From the NCBI GenBank assembly GCA_028713935.1, contig JAQTNI010000016.1:1-26741 (forward strand): 26,741 bases of DNA, given 5' to 3'. Below, one piece after another: positions 1 to 8,058 of this stretch (positions within the stretch are counted from its first letter, which is position 1; the number at the start of each line of letters is the position of its first letter). This DNA comes from Candidatus Iainarchaeum sp. GTDB lineage: Archaea; Iainarchaeota; Iainarchaeia; Iainarchaeales; GCA-2688035. Under the pieces are notes generated by a model. It had not been told where the DNA came from. It saw only the letters and a list, made by a program, of their open reading frames with translations, and ran no database searches. A program made the translations under genes and the position numbers.

Positions 1-233
1 CCTGTTGTAGTCCTTAATCTGCTAATTGTATTTAATATTGGCCTTACCTCGCTGAACAGTTTCACCATATGCTCACTTTGCGCTTGGTTGCTGGCCATCA
101 GGCGTTCAAGCATTCTTGATTTCAGCTCTATGTGCATTTGGGCTGCATGCCTGCGCAAATATTTGAGCCTTTCAGCTTCTGATACTCGTTCAGGGCTTGA
201 ATGAGGTTCCCTTAATGGTTTTTTTGCAAGCAT
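1..233 (-). CDS. hypothetical protein, N-terminal part only (gene runs off the window start)
   Basis: Hand translation of the minus strand: ATG at 233-231, MLAKKPLREPHSSPERVSEAERLKYLRRHAAQMHIELKSRMLERLMASNQAQSEHMVKLFSEVRPILNTISRLRTTT..., open to position 1. Absent from the ORF track because no stop lies in the window. No family recognised. Confidence 0.35.
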   Translation of the reverse strand, partial: MLAKKPLREPHSSPERVSEAERLKYLRRHAAQMHIELKSRMLERLMASNQAQSEHMVKLFSEVRPILNTISRLRTTT

Positions 234-301
234 ACCTTGTCCCCAAATTCAAATAGATTGGGATTATCTTAATTTAAATTAATTGCCCCTTAATCTTTTT
301 T

Positions 302-1387
302 ATGAAAGCAGGCCAGGGAGAATGCGAATTTTTTTCTGTTAAAACAGAAAAAAAAAATGCAGAAAAATTGCACCAATGGCTTGTTGCAAGGCAATTGTTG
401 GAGCACAATTTTGAAACAATGCCTTCTGCAGACTTTATTTTTTTTCCAATAAAAAGAAAGCTCTCGGAAAAAGAGGCGAAAGACCTGAAAAAAATTGTGC
501 CTTCTTTTGCAATGAACAGGCTTCTTTTTTCTCCCGCAACAAAACAGCCAAAAAGCCTCAAAGAGGCACTGCGGGAAAAGCTTTCTCAGGAAGAATTTTC
601 AAAGCTGGTTTCAAGCTTTGACACTCTTGGAAACATTGCAATAATAGAAATCCCAGAAGAGCTTGAAAAAAAAGAAAAGCTCATTGCAAATGCTCTTTTG
701 CAGTCAAACAAGTCAATTAAAACAGTCTGCAAAAAGCTTGGCGCGCACCAGGGCAAATTCAGGGTAGAGCCAGTAAAAATAATTGCAGGGGAAAAAAACC
801 TTGTTGCAACTTACAGGGAAAGCGGCTGTGTTTTCAAAATTCCGGTTGGAAAAGCCTTTTTTTCCCCGCGCCTGGGAACAGAGCGCATGCGCATTGCACG
901 CCAAATAAAGCCAGGGGAAGTAATAGGCGCTTTTTTTGCAGGAGTAGGGCCTTTTCCAATTGTTTTTGCAAAAAATTCTCAGATGGAAGCGGCTTTTGCA
1001 ATTGAATTAAATCCTGTTGCAGTCAAATTTTTGGATGAAAACATTCTTCTCAACAAGGCGGAAAACAGGATTTTTCCAGTGCAGGGAGATGTAAAAAAAA
1101 TTGTTCCAAAAAAATTTAAGGATTTTTTCCACCGCATTGTAATGCCCCTGCCAAAAGGAGCTGAAAACTTTTTGGAAAGCGCAATGATTTCCGCGCATCC
1201 AAAAGGCTGCGTAATCCACTTTTACGCTTTTGTTCCGGCAGCAAACCCGTATGAAAAAATCTTTTCCCTTATTGAAAAAACAGCAAAAAAACTTTGCAAA
1301 AAAACAAGGATTTTGCACAAGCAAAAAGTGCGCGCATTCAGCAAGGAAACAATACAAATAGTAATTGACTTTGAAGCCAGGGATTAG
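302..1387 (+). CDS. trm5: tRNA (guanine37-N1)-methyltransferase, Trm5b/Taw22 (Met-10+) family
   Basis: 361 aa. Motifs AFFSPRLGTERMRIA and FFAGVGPFPIVFA match the Trm5 signatures (compare M. jannaschii Trm5b VYFSPRLGGERARI and DMFAGVGPFSI). The N-terminal D1-like region is present and the length is right. Confidence 0.85.
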   Translation: MKAGQGECEFFSVKTEKKNAEKLHQWLVARQLLEHNFETMPSADFIFFPIKRKLSEKEAKDLKKIVPSFAMNRLLFSPATKQPKSLKEALREKLSQEEFSKLVSSFDTLGNIAIIEIPEELEKKEKLIANALLQSNKSIKTVCKKLGAHQGKFRVEPVKIIAGEKNLVATYRESGCVFKIPVGKAFFSPRLGTERMRIARQIKPGEVIGAFFAGVGPFPIVFAKNSQMEAAFAIELNPVAVKFLDENILLNKAENRIFPVQGDVKKIVPKKFKDFFHRIVMPLPKGAENFLESAMISAHPKGCVIHFYAFVPAANPYEKIFSLIEKTAKKLCKKTRILHKQKVRAFSKETIQIVIDFEARD

Positions 1388-1403
1388 GCAATTGCCGAAT
1401 CCC
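1380..1403. repeat. 24-nt near-perfect palindrome spanning the trm5 stop codon
   Basis: GGGATTAGGCAATTGCCGAATCCC: 11 of 12 positions pair (one A/G mismatch). The TAG stop of trm5 is at 1385-1387, inside the left arm. Confidence 0.6.
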
Positions 1404-1414
1404 AGCGTGGAAAT

Positions 1415-1441
1415 AAAAAGGCTTGGCTATTCTGCCTTTTT
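1415..1441 (+). terminator. stem-loop ending in a T-run between trm5 and the PIN gene
   Basis: AAAAAGGC (1415-1422) pairs with GCCTTTTT (1434-1441) across an 11-nt loop. The 3' arm is a T-run ending 1 nt before the PIN ATG at 1443. A function as terminator or translational occluder is inferred. Confidence 0.35.
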
Positions 1442-1442
1442 C

Positions 1443-1877
1443 ATGCCAAAGCGCTTGTATCTTGATTCAAATGTCTTTATTTCTTTTGTAAGGGAAGAAA
1501 TTGATTCTGCTTTTAATTTGAGGTTTTTGGATAGCGAAAATTTTTTTGCGGTCTGTAAAAATAAAAAACACGTTTTGCTTATTTCAAACTGGTTTTTAAG
1601 TGAAGTTGGGAAAATCGCTTGTCTTGATAAAAAAGCAATCTCTGAAGAATTTGAAAGGCACGGGGTAAATGCAATTTTTATTCAAGAAAAAATTGATTTC
1701 AGCAGCGTTTCAAGAATAGCAAAGCAAACAGGCCTGCATTATGCAGATGCCTTGCATGTATCAATCGCTCTTGAGAATAAGGCCGATTTCATTGTTACTT
1801 GGAATATCAGGGACTTCGAAAAAGCCAGCGCTTTGATTAAAGCTGTTTCTCCAAATGAGATTCTAGATACTCTTTGA
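1443..1877 (+). CDS. PIN-domain protein (VapC-like putative ribonuclease toxin)
   Basis: Trimmed to the ATG at 1443 (MPKRLYLDSNVFISF...). The PIN acidic signature is in the expected order: D in LDSNVF, E in LSEVGK, D in YADALHVSIA, D in TWNIRDF. About 144 aa. Confidence 0.7.
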   Translation: MPKRLYLDSNVFISFVREEIDSAFNLRFLDSENFFAVCKNKKHVLLISNWFLSEVGKIACLDKKAISEEFERHGVNAIFIQEKIDFSSVSRIAKQTGLHYADALHVSIALENKADFIVTWNIRDFEKASALIKAVSPNEILDTL

Positions 1878-2127
1878 AAAGTGCTTCCCTTTCTTTTAAC
1901 GTAAGGTCCTTCCTGCATTTTGCTTTTGCCTGTAGTCTTTTCCGCATTTCCCTTACTGCCTTGAGGTCTTCTTCCAAATACAAAATTTTTTCCAGCTTTT
2001 CCCTTGCAGCATCCCTCAAAAACTCGCTTTTTGAATGGTACAAGCCAGTCTTTGCAATTGCAGAGTCAATTGCCTTTACAAAAGCCTCTTCAGCAGTAAA
2101 ACTCATAGTAGTAACCATAAACAACAA
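1837..2127 (-). CDS. ribbon-helix-helix (CopG/Arc/MetJ-like) DNA-binding protein, putative antitoxin
   Basis: MSFTAEEAFVKAIDSAIAKTGLYHSKSEFLRDAAREKL fits the RHH strand-helix-helix pattern and is followed by a long charged helix. The likely start is the ATG at 2106 or 2118; 2127 is a TTG. It is convergent with the PIN gene and overlaps it by 41 nt. Confidence 0.6.
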   Translation of the reverse strand: MLFMVTTMSFTAEEAFVKAIDSAIAKTGLYHSKSEFLRDAAREKLEKILYLEEDLKAVREMRKRLQAKAKCRKDLTLKEREALFKEYLESHLEKQL

Positions 2128-2226
2128 ATATGCGTGAAAAAATATTTAATAGTATGCTATTAAACCAGCAATATGCTTTTTCAACCAATTCTTTTTAATA
2201 TCTGCAAGGCAATAATATTGCTGTGA

Positions 2227-2829
2227 TTGTGTTTGCCTAATGTTCGAAAGCGTGCAGGAGATGCCGGCTATCGGGCGCGTTTGGCAAAGGACTTATGGCA
2301 TGGGCGCAGGATGGATAGGACTGGTTGGAGTCTTTCGCATAGTGCTTCTCTTGCAGGCAGTCTAGTTCAGTTTCCAATTCAAATAGTTCCAATAATGCAT
2401 TCTTATTTAGCCAGAACAAGGCACAAAACCAGGTTTTTGGATTTGGGTTGCACTGAAGGCAATGCCTTGTTGGATTTGCATGCCGAATTTGGTGATTCAA
2501 TTGAATTGCATGGTTTGTCTTTGCGGCATTTTCCAGGTTGGCCTGGCATAACAAAGAAAATCAAAGGTGCAATTCAATTCCATGTTGGCCATGCAGAAGC
2601 ATTGGATAGAAAGTTTCCAAAAAATTATTTTGACTTTATCCGCTCTAATTTGGGAATTGCACATGCCACAGATTTGGGAATTGCACTGGAGAAGGCCAGA
2701 AAAGTTCTCAGAAAAGGCGGCTTGCTAATGATTAGCTTGGGCATGCCAGCACCAAAATCTTTCCCAGGCTTTGAAATAGTCCGCAGAGCGGATGCATTTA
2801 CTACAAATGTAATACTAAGGAAAAAATAA
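2227..2829 (+). CDS. small class I SAM-dependent methyltransferase (substrate unknown)
   Basis: Motif I-like RFLDLGCTEGNALLDL and a post-motif FDFIRSNLGIAH...ARKVLRKGGLLMISL. The start is uncertain: TTG 2227, ATG 2311 or ATG 2395. ATG 2395 would leave only 12 aa before motif I. Confidence 0.55.
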   Translation: MCLPNVRKRAGDAGYRARLAKDLWHGRRMDRTGWSLSHSASLAGSLVQFPIQIVPIMHSYLARTRHKTRFLDLGCTEGNALLDLHAEFGDSIELHGLSLRHFPGWPGITKKIKGAIQFHVGHAEALDRKFPKNYFDFIRSNLGIAHATDLGIALEKARKVLRKGGLLMISLGMPAPKSFPGFEIVRRADAFTTNVILRKK

Positions 2830-2906
2830 TTCAAAATTCTGCCCGCGGTAGTGGGTTTTTTAATTCTTTCAACTTATTTGTTTTTATTGCTTTTCTGGTT
2901 TTTCTT

Positions 2907-3563
2907 ATGAATCTTGTTTTTATTGGCAAGCAGGGAGTTGGAAAAGGCACTTATGCGCAGCGCCTGGCGCTTGACTTTGAAATTCCGCAGATTTCAACCG
3001 GTGACCTTCTCCGCGAGGAAATCAAAAGCGGTTCAGAGCTTGGAAAAAAAGTCCAGGCAATAATGAACAGCGGAAGCCTTGTTCCCGACGAAATTGTCAT
3101 TGAAATTTTTGAGAAACGCATACAACAGGGAGGCACTGAAAAAGGCTTTATTCTTGACGGGTTTCCGAGAACAGAAAACCAGGCAGAAAGCCTTGATGCC
3201 CTGATGCAAAAACTTGGAAAAAAAATTGATTTGGCATTGAATTTCACTGCTCCCGACAAAGTGCTTCTTTCCCGCTTAACAGGGAGAAGGCAGTGCAGGC
3301 AATGCGGGGCGATTTATCATTTGAGAAACTTAAAGCCAAAAGTGGAAGGCGTTTGTGACAAATGCGGCGGCTCATTGTACCAGAGGGAAGATGACAAGGA
3401 AGAGGCAATAAGAAAAAGATGGGCTGCTTATGAAAAGCAAACAAAGCCAGTGCTTGCCTTTTATGGCAAACAAAAAAAAATCATTGAAGTCGATGCAAGC
3501 AAGGAAATAGGGGAAATTTATCCAAGCATAATAAAAACATTGGGGAACAAGAAGATTATTTGA
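2907..3563 (+). CDS. adk: adenylate kinase, long bacterial-type with Zn-binding lid
   Basis: P-loop GKQGVGKGTYAQ, ISTGDLLR, GFPRT, and a lid with CRQCGAIYH...CDKCGG (4-Cys). Confidence 0.9.
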   Translation: MNLVFIGKQGVGKGTYAQRLALDFEIPQISTGDLLREEIKSGSELGKKVQAIMNSGSLVPDEIVIEIFEKRIQQGGTEKGFILDGFPRTENQAESLDALMQKLGKKIDLALNFTAPDKVLLSRLTGRRQCRQCGAIYHLRNLKPKVEGVCDKCGGSLYQREDDKEEAIRKRWAAYEKQTKPVLAFYGKQKKIIEVDASKEIGEIYPSIIKTLGNKKII

Positions 3564-3573
3564 AGGGGATTTT

Positions 3574-4062
3574 ATGGAAACGCTTTATGAAGATTCTGAA
3601 ACAGGCTGCTGCCCGAAGTTTGATCCTGTTCCCTGGGATGAAAAAGAGGTTTCTTTTGAAGGCAAATTGTTTTTGAAAGACAGGGTAAAAACTTTCCTGC
3701 ATATTCCAATTAACTTTGGCGGAATAATGGTAAAAGACATGGGCTTAATTCAGAAAGCAGATGCGCTTGCAGAAAAGCCATTAATGCTTTATGATGGCGA
3801 TTCCTTGTTTGGCGCCGATATTTTTATTGCGGTAAGCAAAGAAATTCCTGGAAAAGAAACAGTGAAGGTTCAGGGAAAATTCCTTTCAAAGGTTTTTGAG
3901 GGAAATTTTAAGGACTCGGGAAAATGGGTAAAGGAAATGCAGGCATATGTGAAATCGAAAGGAATTCAGCCAGGAAAAATGTATTTTTTTTACACTACTT
4001 GCCCGAAATGCGCTGAATATTACGGAAAAAATTATGTTGTTATTTTTTCTAAGATTGACTAA
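3574..4062 (+). CDS. conserved uncharacterised Cys-motif protein (N-terminal CCPKFDP, C-terminal TCPKCAEYYGKNY)
   Basis: 162-aa ORF, 10 nt after adk and 12 nt before ahcY, with an AAGGGGAT SD-like motif upstream. The motif pattern resembles a family I recall being annotated only as hypothetical or hydrolase in methanogens and Firmicutes; this is unverified. Confidence 0.6.
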   Translation: METLYEDSETGCCPKFDPVPWDEKEVSFEGKLFLKDRVKTFLHIPINFGGIMVKDMGLIQKADALAEKPLMLYDGDSLFGADIFIAVSKEIPGKETVKVQGKFLSKVFEGNFKDSGKWVKEMQAYVKSKGIQPGKMYFFYTTCPKCAEYYGKNYVVIFSKID

Positions 4063-4074
4063 AGGGGTGCTTTA

Positions 4075-5328
4075 ATGGCTTTTGAAGTGAAAGATATAAA
4101 ATTGGCTGAACAGGGCCAGATGAACATTGAATACGCGGAAATGCAGATGCCTGCCTTGATGCAGATAAAAGAAAGATTTGCAAAGGAAAAACCATTAAAG
4201 GGAATTAAAGTCGGAATGGCTTTGCATATTACAAAAGAAACAGCAAACCTTGTTTTTACTCTGATTGCTGGCGGAGCAGAAGTTGCAATTACTGGCTGCA
4301 ATCCCTTAAGCACTCAGGACGATGTTGCCGCTGCTCTTGCAAAAAAAGGGGTAAATGTTTTCGGCTACAAAGGAGAATCACGCGAAGACTATTACAAATA
4401 CTTAAACAAAGTCCTTGATTTCAAGCCAAATGCAACAATTGATGACGGCTGCGATTTGATAAGCGAAATCCACAGCAAGCACAAAGAGTTGATTCCAAAC
4501 CTGATTATTGGAACAGAAGAAACAACAACAGGAGTTATAAGATTAAGGGCAATGGAAAAAGACTCTGCTTTAAAGTACCCTGTAATCGCAGTCAATGACA
4601 ACAAAACAAAGCACTTGTTTGACAATTTTTATGGAACAGGGCAAAGCAGCCTTGACGGAATTTTAAGATGCACAAACGTGCTTATTGCAGGCAAAACCTT
4701 TGTTGTAGCAGGCTATGGCGATTGTGGAAGAGGAGTTGCTTCAAAAGCAAGGGGCTTTGGCGCAAATGTAATTGTCACTGAAGTTGATTCAGTAAAGGCA
4801 TTGCAGGCACATGCAGATGGCTTCAGCGTAATGCCAATGATAGAAGCAGCGCCCCTTGGAGACATTTTCCTTACTGTCACCGGAGACAGGGATGTAATAA
4901 CAATGGAGCACATTGAAAAAATGAAAAACGGAGCAATCCTTGCAAATTCAGGGCATTTTGACATTGAAATTGCAGTTGCAGACCTGAACAAAAAAGCAAA
5001 ATCAAAAAGAAGAATAAGATGGCAATTGGATGAATACACTTTGAAAAATGGAAAAAAAGTTTTTTTATGCGGAGAAGGCAGGCTGGTTAACCTTGCAGCG
5101 GCAGAAGGCCATCCTTCAGAGGTAATGGATTTGAGTTTTTGCGGCCAGGCACTTGCGCTTGAATACGGCATAAAAAACAAGGGCAAATTAAAGCCGGCAG
5201 TCCATGTTCTCCCCGAAGAAATTGACCAGCACATTGCAGAACTAAAACTCAAGGCAATCGGCACAAAAATCGATTGCCTTACAGAAGAACAAAAAAAATA
5301 CCTTGCAAGCTGGAAAGAAGGCACCTGA
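4075..5328 (+). CDS. ahcY: S-adenosyl-L-homocysteine hydrolase (adenosylhomocysteinase)
   Basis: 417 aa. ALHITKETANL, TGCNPLSTQDDVAAAL, EETTTGV, the NAD-binding VAGYGDCGRGVA, GHFDIEI and LVNLAAAEGHP are all classic SAHH blocks. Confidence 0.95.
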   Translation: MAFEVKDIKLAEQGQMNIEYAEMQMPALMQIKERFAKEKPLKGIKVGMALHITKETANLVFTLIAGGAEVAITGCNPLSTQDDVAAALAKKGVNVFGYKGESREDYYKYLNKVLDFKPNATIDDGCDLISEIHSKHKELIPNLIIGTEETTTGVIRLRAMEKDSALKYPVIAVNDNKTKHLFDNFYGTGQSSLDGILRCTNVLIAGKTFVVAGYGDCGRGVASKARGFGANVIVTEVDSVKALQAHADGFSVMPMIEAAPLGDIFLTVTGDRDVITMEHIEKMKNGAILANSGHFDIEIAVADLNKKAKSKRRIRWQLDEYTLKNGKKVFLCGEGRLVNLAAAEGHPSEVMDLSFCGQALALEYGIKNKGKLKPAVHVLPEEIDQHIAELKLKAIGTKIDCLTEEQKKYLASWKEGT

Positions 5329-5390
5329 AAAAAGGCTTTTAATGCTTTCCACGGACTAATAATTTATTAAATCCGGATTTTAAAGAGGTT

Positions 5391-5804
5391 TTGTTTTTGA
5401 CTCAATGGCATATGGATTCAAAGAAAAAAATTACTGGCGGAAAAAATTCTGCCATCAGAAGAATGGACAAGCGCCTGGCCTGGAAAGGCGGGGATTTTTC
5501 CGCAACAGGCATTGCTGCTGATGAAAAAACAGAGAAACGCAAGACAGTCAAAGCGCTTGGCGGAAACACCAAGGTAAAAGCCCAAAAAATCAGGTTTATT
5601 GCAATTACAGGCACTGGAAATAAAACTTCAAAAGCAGAGGTTTTGTCTGTTATTGAAAACAAAGCCAACAGGCAGTATGCAAGGCAAAACACAATTACCA
5701 AAGGCGCTATAATAAAAATCAAGTTTGAAGGAAAAGAAGCCAAGGCAAAAGTAACCTCAAGGCCTGGCCAGTCAGGCACTGTCCAAGCTGTTTTAATCCA
5801 ATAA
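5391..5804 (+). CDS. rps8e: 30S ribosomal protein S8e
   Basis: QWH..KKKITGGK N-terminus, basic composition, and a C-terminal NTITKGAIIKI...KAKVTSRPGQSGTVQAVLI typical of S8e. Apparent TTG start. Confidence 0.8.
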   Translation: MFLTQWHMDSKKKITGGKNSAIRRMDKRLAWKGGDFSATGIAADEKTEKRKTVKALGGNTKVKAQKIRFIAITGTGNKTSKAEVLSVIENKANRQYARQNTITKGAIIKIKFEGKEAKAKVTSRPGQSGTVQAVLIQ

Positions 5805-5837
5805 ACGGGCTTTTGGGCCATAACCCCCTTGAAAGCA

Positions 5838-5877
5838 CATATTTAAATACCACTTGCACAGCAATATTTATATATAC
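5838..5877 (+). promoter_or_regulatory. two TATA-box-like elements upstream of tfb
   Basis: CATATTTAAATAC (5838-5850) and AATATTTATATATAC (5863-5877) lie in the 197-bp gap before tfb. A GGTGA SD-like motif sits 4 nt before the tfb ATG. Actual promoter use is not demonstrable from sequence. Confidence 0.3.
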
Positions 5878-6001
5878 ACTCTAATTCTTTTGTCCTTTTC
5901 AAGGCTATTAAGGCTTTGTTGATTGGGGTGTTGTGAGCGCTTTTTGAAACACGATTTTTATTGGAAAATTCTGAATGGATTATTTTGGAGTAGGTGATTG
6001 A

Positions 6002-6907
6002 ATGGTTGAAAAATGCCCTGAGTGCGGAAGCAAAAGAATCAGGACAGACCCTGAAAAAGGAGAAGTTGTCTGCCAGGATTGCGGTTTGGTTCTTTCAGAA
6101 GATATGATTGATTATGGAAAAGAATGGCGGAGTTTTGATTCTGACCAGTTTGAAAAGCGCGCTCGGACAGGCAGCCCAATGAAATATGTCAAATTGAACA
6201 AGGGCTTAGTCACAATGATTGACAGGAGAGGCACTGACTTAAGAGGGAATAAGCTTTCAAGCAAAAGCAGGGCACAAATGTACCGCCTTATAAAATGGCA
6301 TAAAAGGGCAAGCATAAGCAGCAGCATGCAGAGAAACCTTTCAATTGCCCTCACTGAATTGAGAAGGGTTGCTTCTTACCTTAACATTCCAGAATCCCTT
6401 ATTGAAGCGGCAGCTTTGCTTTACAGGAAAACAGTCAAAAAAGGCCTTATCAGGGGAAGGCTGATTGAAGCTGTTGTGGCAGCTGTTTTGTACACTGTTT
6501 GCAGGACATACCATGTTCCAAGAACACTTAATGAAATGGCAGAAGCAAGCGGCCTTACAAAAAAAGAAATCGGGAGAACATACAGGTTTCTTGTAAGGGA
6601 ATTAAAGCTTGATGTGCCATTAACAAACCCGATTCATTATATTCCAAGATTTGCTTCAGAACTGAACCTTAGCGGTGAAGTCCAGGAAGAAGGCAGAAAA
6701 ATCCTTGAAAGCGCAATGCAAAGAGGCCTTATTTCAGGAAGAGGCCCAACAGGAGTTGCAGCTGCAGCTGTCTATATTGCAGGCCTGTTAAAAGGCGAGC
6801 GCAGGACACAAAAAGAAGTTGCAAATGTTGCAGGGGTTACTGAAGTCACAATCAGGAACAGGTACAGGGAACTCAAAAAAAGGCTGGACATTGACGTTGC
6901 AGCCTAA
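6002..6907 (+). CDS. tfb: transcription initiation factor IIB (TFB)
   Basis: N-terminal Zn ribbon CPECGS...CQDCG, B-reader EWRSF, two cyclin-fold repeats, and the C-terminal HTH GVTEVTIRNRYREL. Confidence 0.95.
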   Translation: MVEKCPECGSKRIRTDPEKGEVVCQDCGLVLSEDMIDYGKEWRSFDSDQFEKRARTGSPMKYVKLNKGLVTMIDRRGTDLRGNKLSSKSRAQMYRLIKWHKRASISSSMQRNLSIALTELRRVASYLNIPESLIEAAALLYRKTVKKGLIRGRLIEAVVAAVLYTVCRTYHVPRTLNEMAEASGLTKKEIGRTYRFLVRELKLDVPLTNPIHYIPRFASELNLSGEVQEEGRKILESAMQRGLISGRGPTGVAAAAVYIAGLLKGERRTQKEVANVAGVTEVTIRNRYRELKKRLDIDVAA

Positions 6908-6976
6908 ATTTTCCCTTTTTCCTGCTTTTTTTGCTTTTTGCAAAGCTATTTATTTGTTTTGCATAGGCGTTTTTTT

Positions 6977-7288
6977 ATGGTTGAAGTGCAATTCAGGTTT
7001 GAGATTGACAAACTGTTAAAGAATGCCAAGAGAAACTGCTTGCTTTGTTATGGAAGGGCAAGGCTCAGGCCGACTGACAATGAAAGAAACCTTGCATTAA
7101 AATCAGCAGAATCCATGTATTCCATGTTTGGGGAACGCTATAATGAATTGAGAAGGCAGGATTATCCTGTTGAATCAATCCGTACTTCCCAGGAATACAA
7201 AAGGATTTGCCTTGATGCCCTTGATGCCTGCAAAACCTGTGACAAAAGCGTGGATTATATTAACAGGCACTTGTCACAAATAAGGTAA
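6977..7288 (+). CDS. hypothetical small protein with CxxC...CxxC pairs
   Basis: Trimmed to the ATG at 6977 (MVEVQFRF...). It contains CLLC and CKTC about 70 residues apart. No family recognised. Confidence 0.4.
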   Translation: MVEVQFRFEIDKLLKNAKRNCLLCYGRARLRPTDNERNLALKSAESMYSMFGERYNELRRQDYPVESIRTSQEYKRICLDALDACKTCDKSVDYINRHLSQIR

Positions 7289-7386
7289 ATGCAAAAACAG
7301 TTACTTGGCAATTAAAATTTGTCTGCATAGGCTAATTTTCTTGCTTTAAACAAACTTATTTTAATAACTTGAAGCTAATTTTTATT

Positions 7387-8058
7387 ATGAAAAAAGCCTT
7401 TAGAATAATTGATCCGAGTCAGCCATTGCTTGTTGGACTGGACCATGACAATCCTTCGCTTGGCAGGCTTGCAGAACAGATGATTGAGAAGTTTGGTAAG
7501 AAAGGCAAAACTCTTTTTATTGAAGGCCCTGCATCGAGCCAAGCTGATGCGCAAGCTGGTTTTTTGTCAAGAGAAGGGGTTCAGATAGCAAGACTTGATT
7601 CTTTTTTATCCGCTATTTCTAAGGCGCGCAAAATGGGAATGAAAGTAGTTTCATTGGATTCTGAGCGCATTGCCAGGCTAAGGTCAAAAGTTAAAATTTC
7701 ACTTTCTGGCAGGATTGATTTGACTGATGCGGGGCTTTCCCTTGATGAATTCAGGTATTTGATGCATAATGTGCGTGAGCGTTTATGGATCAGAACAATC
7801 AAAAAAAATGCTTCTGGTGGCGACATTGTTCTTGCACACCAGAATCATATTGCAGGGCTTGCAGGAACAATGCCTGGCTTTAGGAATGTTTTGCTTTTGT
7901 CAGAACCGTATAGTTCAACATCATTTCCCCCTCTTTCTAATCTTGAAATAGCAAGGTTGAGGGCACTGCGCTCTGAAAAAAGGGCTTCTACTGTGCGTGC
8001 AAAAAAAGACCGCAGTAAGTGTGGACCCGAAGTTTCTAAATTATTCAGAAGAAGATAA
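7387..8058 (+). CDS. hypothetical protein, possibly a divergent Tiki/TraB/ChaN-superfamily fold
   Basis: Trimmed to the ATG at 7387 (MKKAFRII...). LLVGLDHDNP...TLFIEGP resembles the N-terminal G-x-x-H then strand-E pattern. RERLWIRTIKKNASGGDIVLAHQNHIAGL resembles the C-terminal R..M...(strand)..G.GH..G pattern of TraB/ChaN-like proteins. Judged by eye only. Confidence 0.45.
   Translation: MKKAFRIIDPSQPLLVGLDHDNPSLGRLAEQMIEKFGKKGKTLFIEGPASSQADAQAGFLSREGVQIARLDSFLSAISKARKMGMKVVSLDSERIARLRSKVKISLSGRIDLTDAGLSLDEFRYLMHNVRERLWIRTIKKNASGGDIVLAHQNHIAGLAGTMPGFRNVLLLSEPYSSTSFPPLSNLEIARLRALRSEKRASTVRAKKDRSKCGPEVSKLFRRR

Noticed and set aside
2243-2252. T-loop-like GTTCGAAAG and other GC-richer patches (2250-2350, 10390-10440, 11680-11850) as possible tRNA genes
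   Set aside because: The flanks do not form a T-stem, and no acceptor, D or anticodon arms could be built on either strand. The GGTTCAAATGA at about 18820-18830 (minus) lies inside the cmk N-terminal coding sequence.
2227-2394. GC-rich stretch as a structured ncRNA (SRP RNA or RNase P RNA)
   Set aside because: I found no match to the conserved SRP helix-8 or RNase P CR-I/CR-V motifs on either strand, and only short local hairpins such as GGACT-N6-AGTCT. It is kept as an uncertain methyltransferase N-terminus or leader instead.
4713-5324. 203-aa minus-strand ORF inside ahcY, and similar antisense ORFs (274-561, 713-904, 1007-1357, 2237-2554, 2951-3259, 5402-5821, 8520-8948, 8662-9141, 12199-12711, 12596-12904, 13412-13768)
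   Set aside because: All are antisense to or overlapping genes with strong family signatures. They have biased Phe/Ser/Cys/Leu composition and no motif support.
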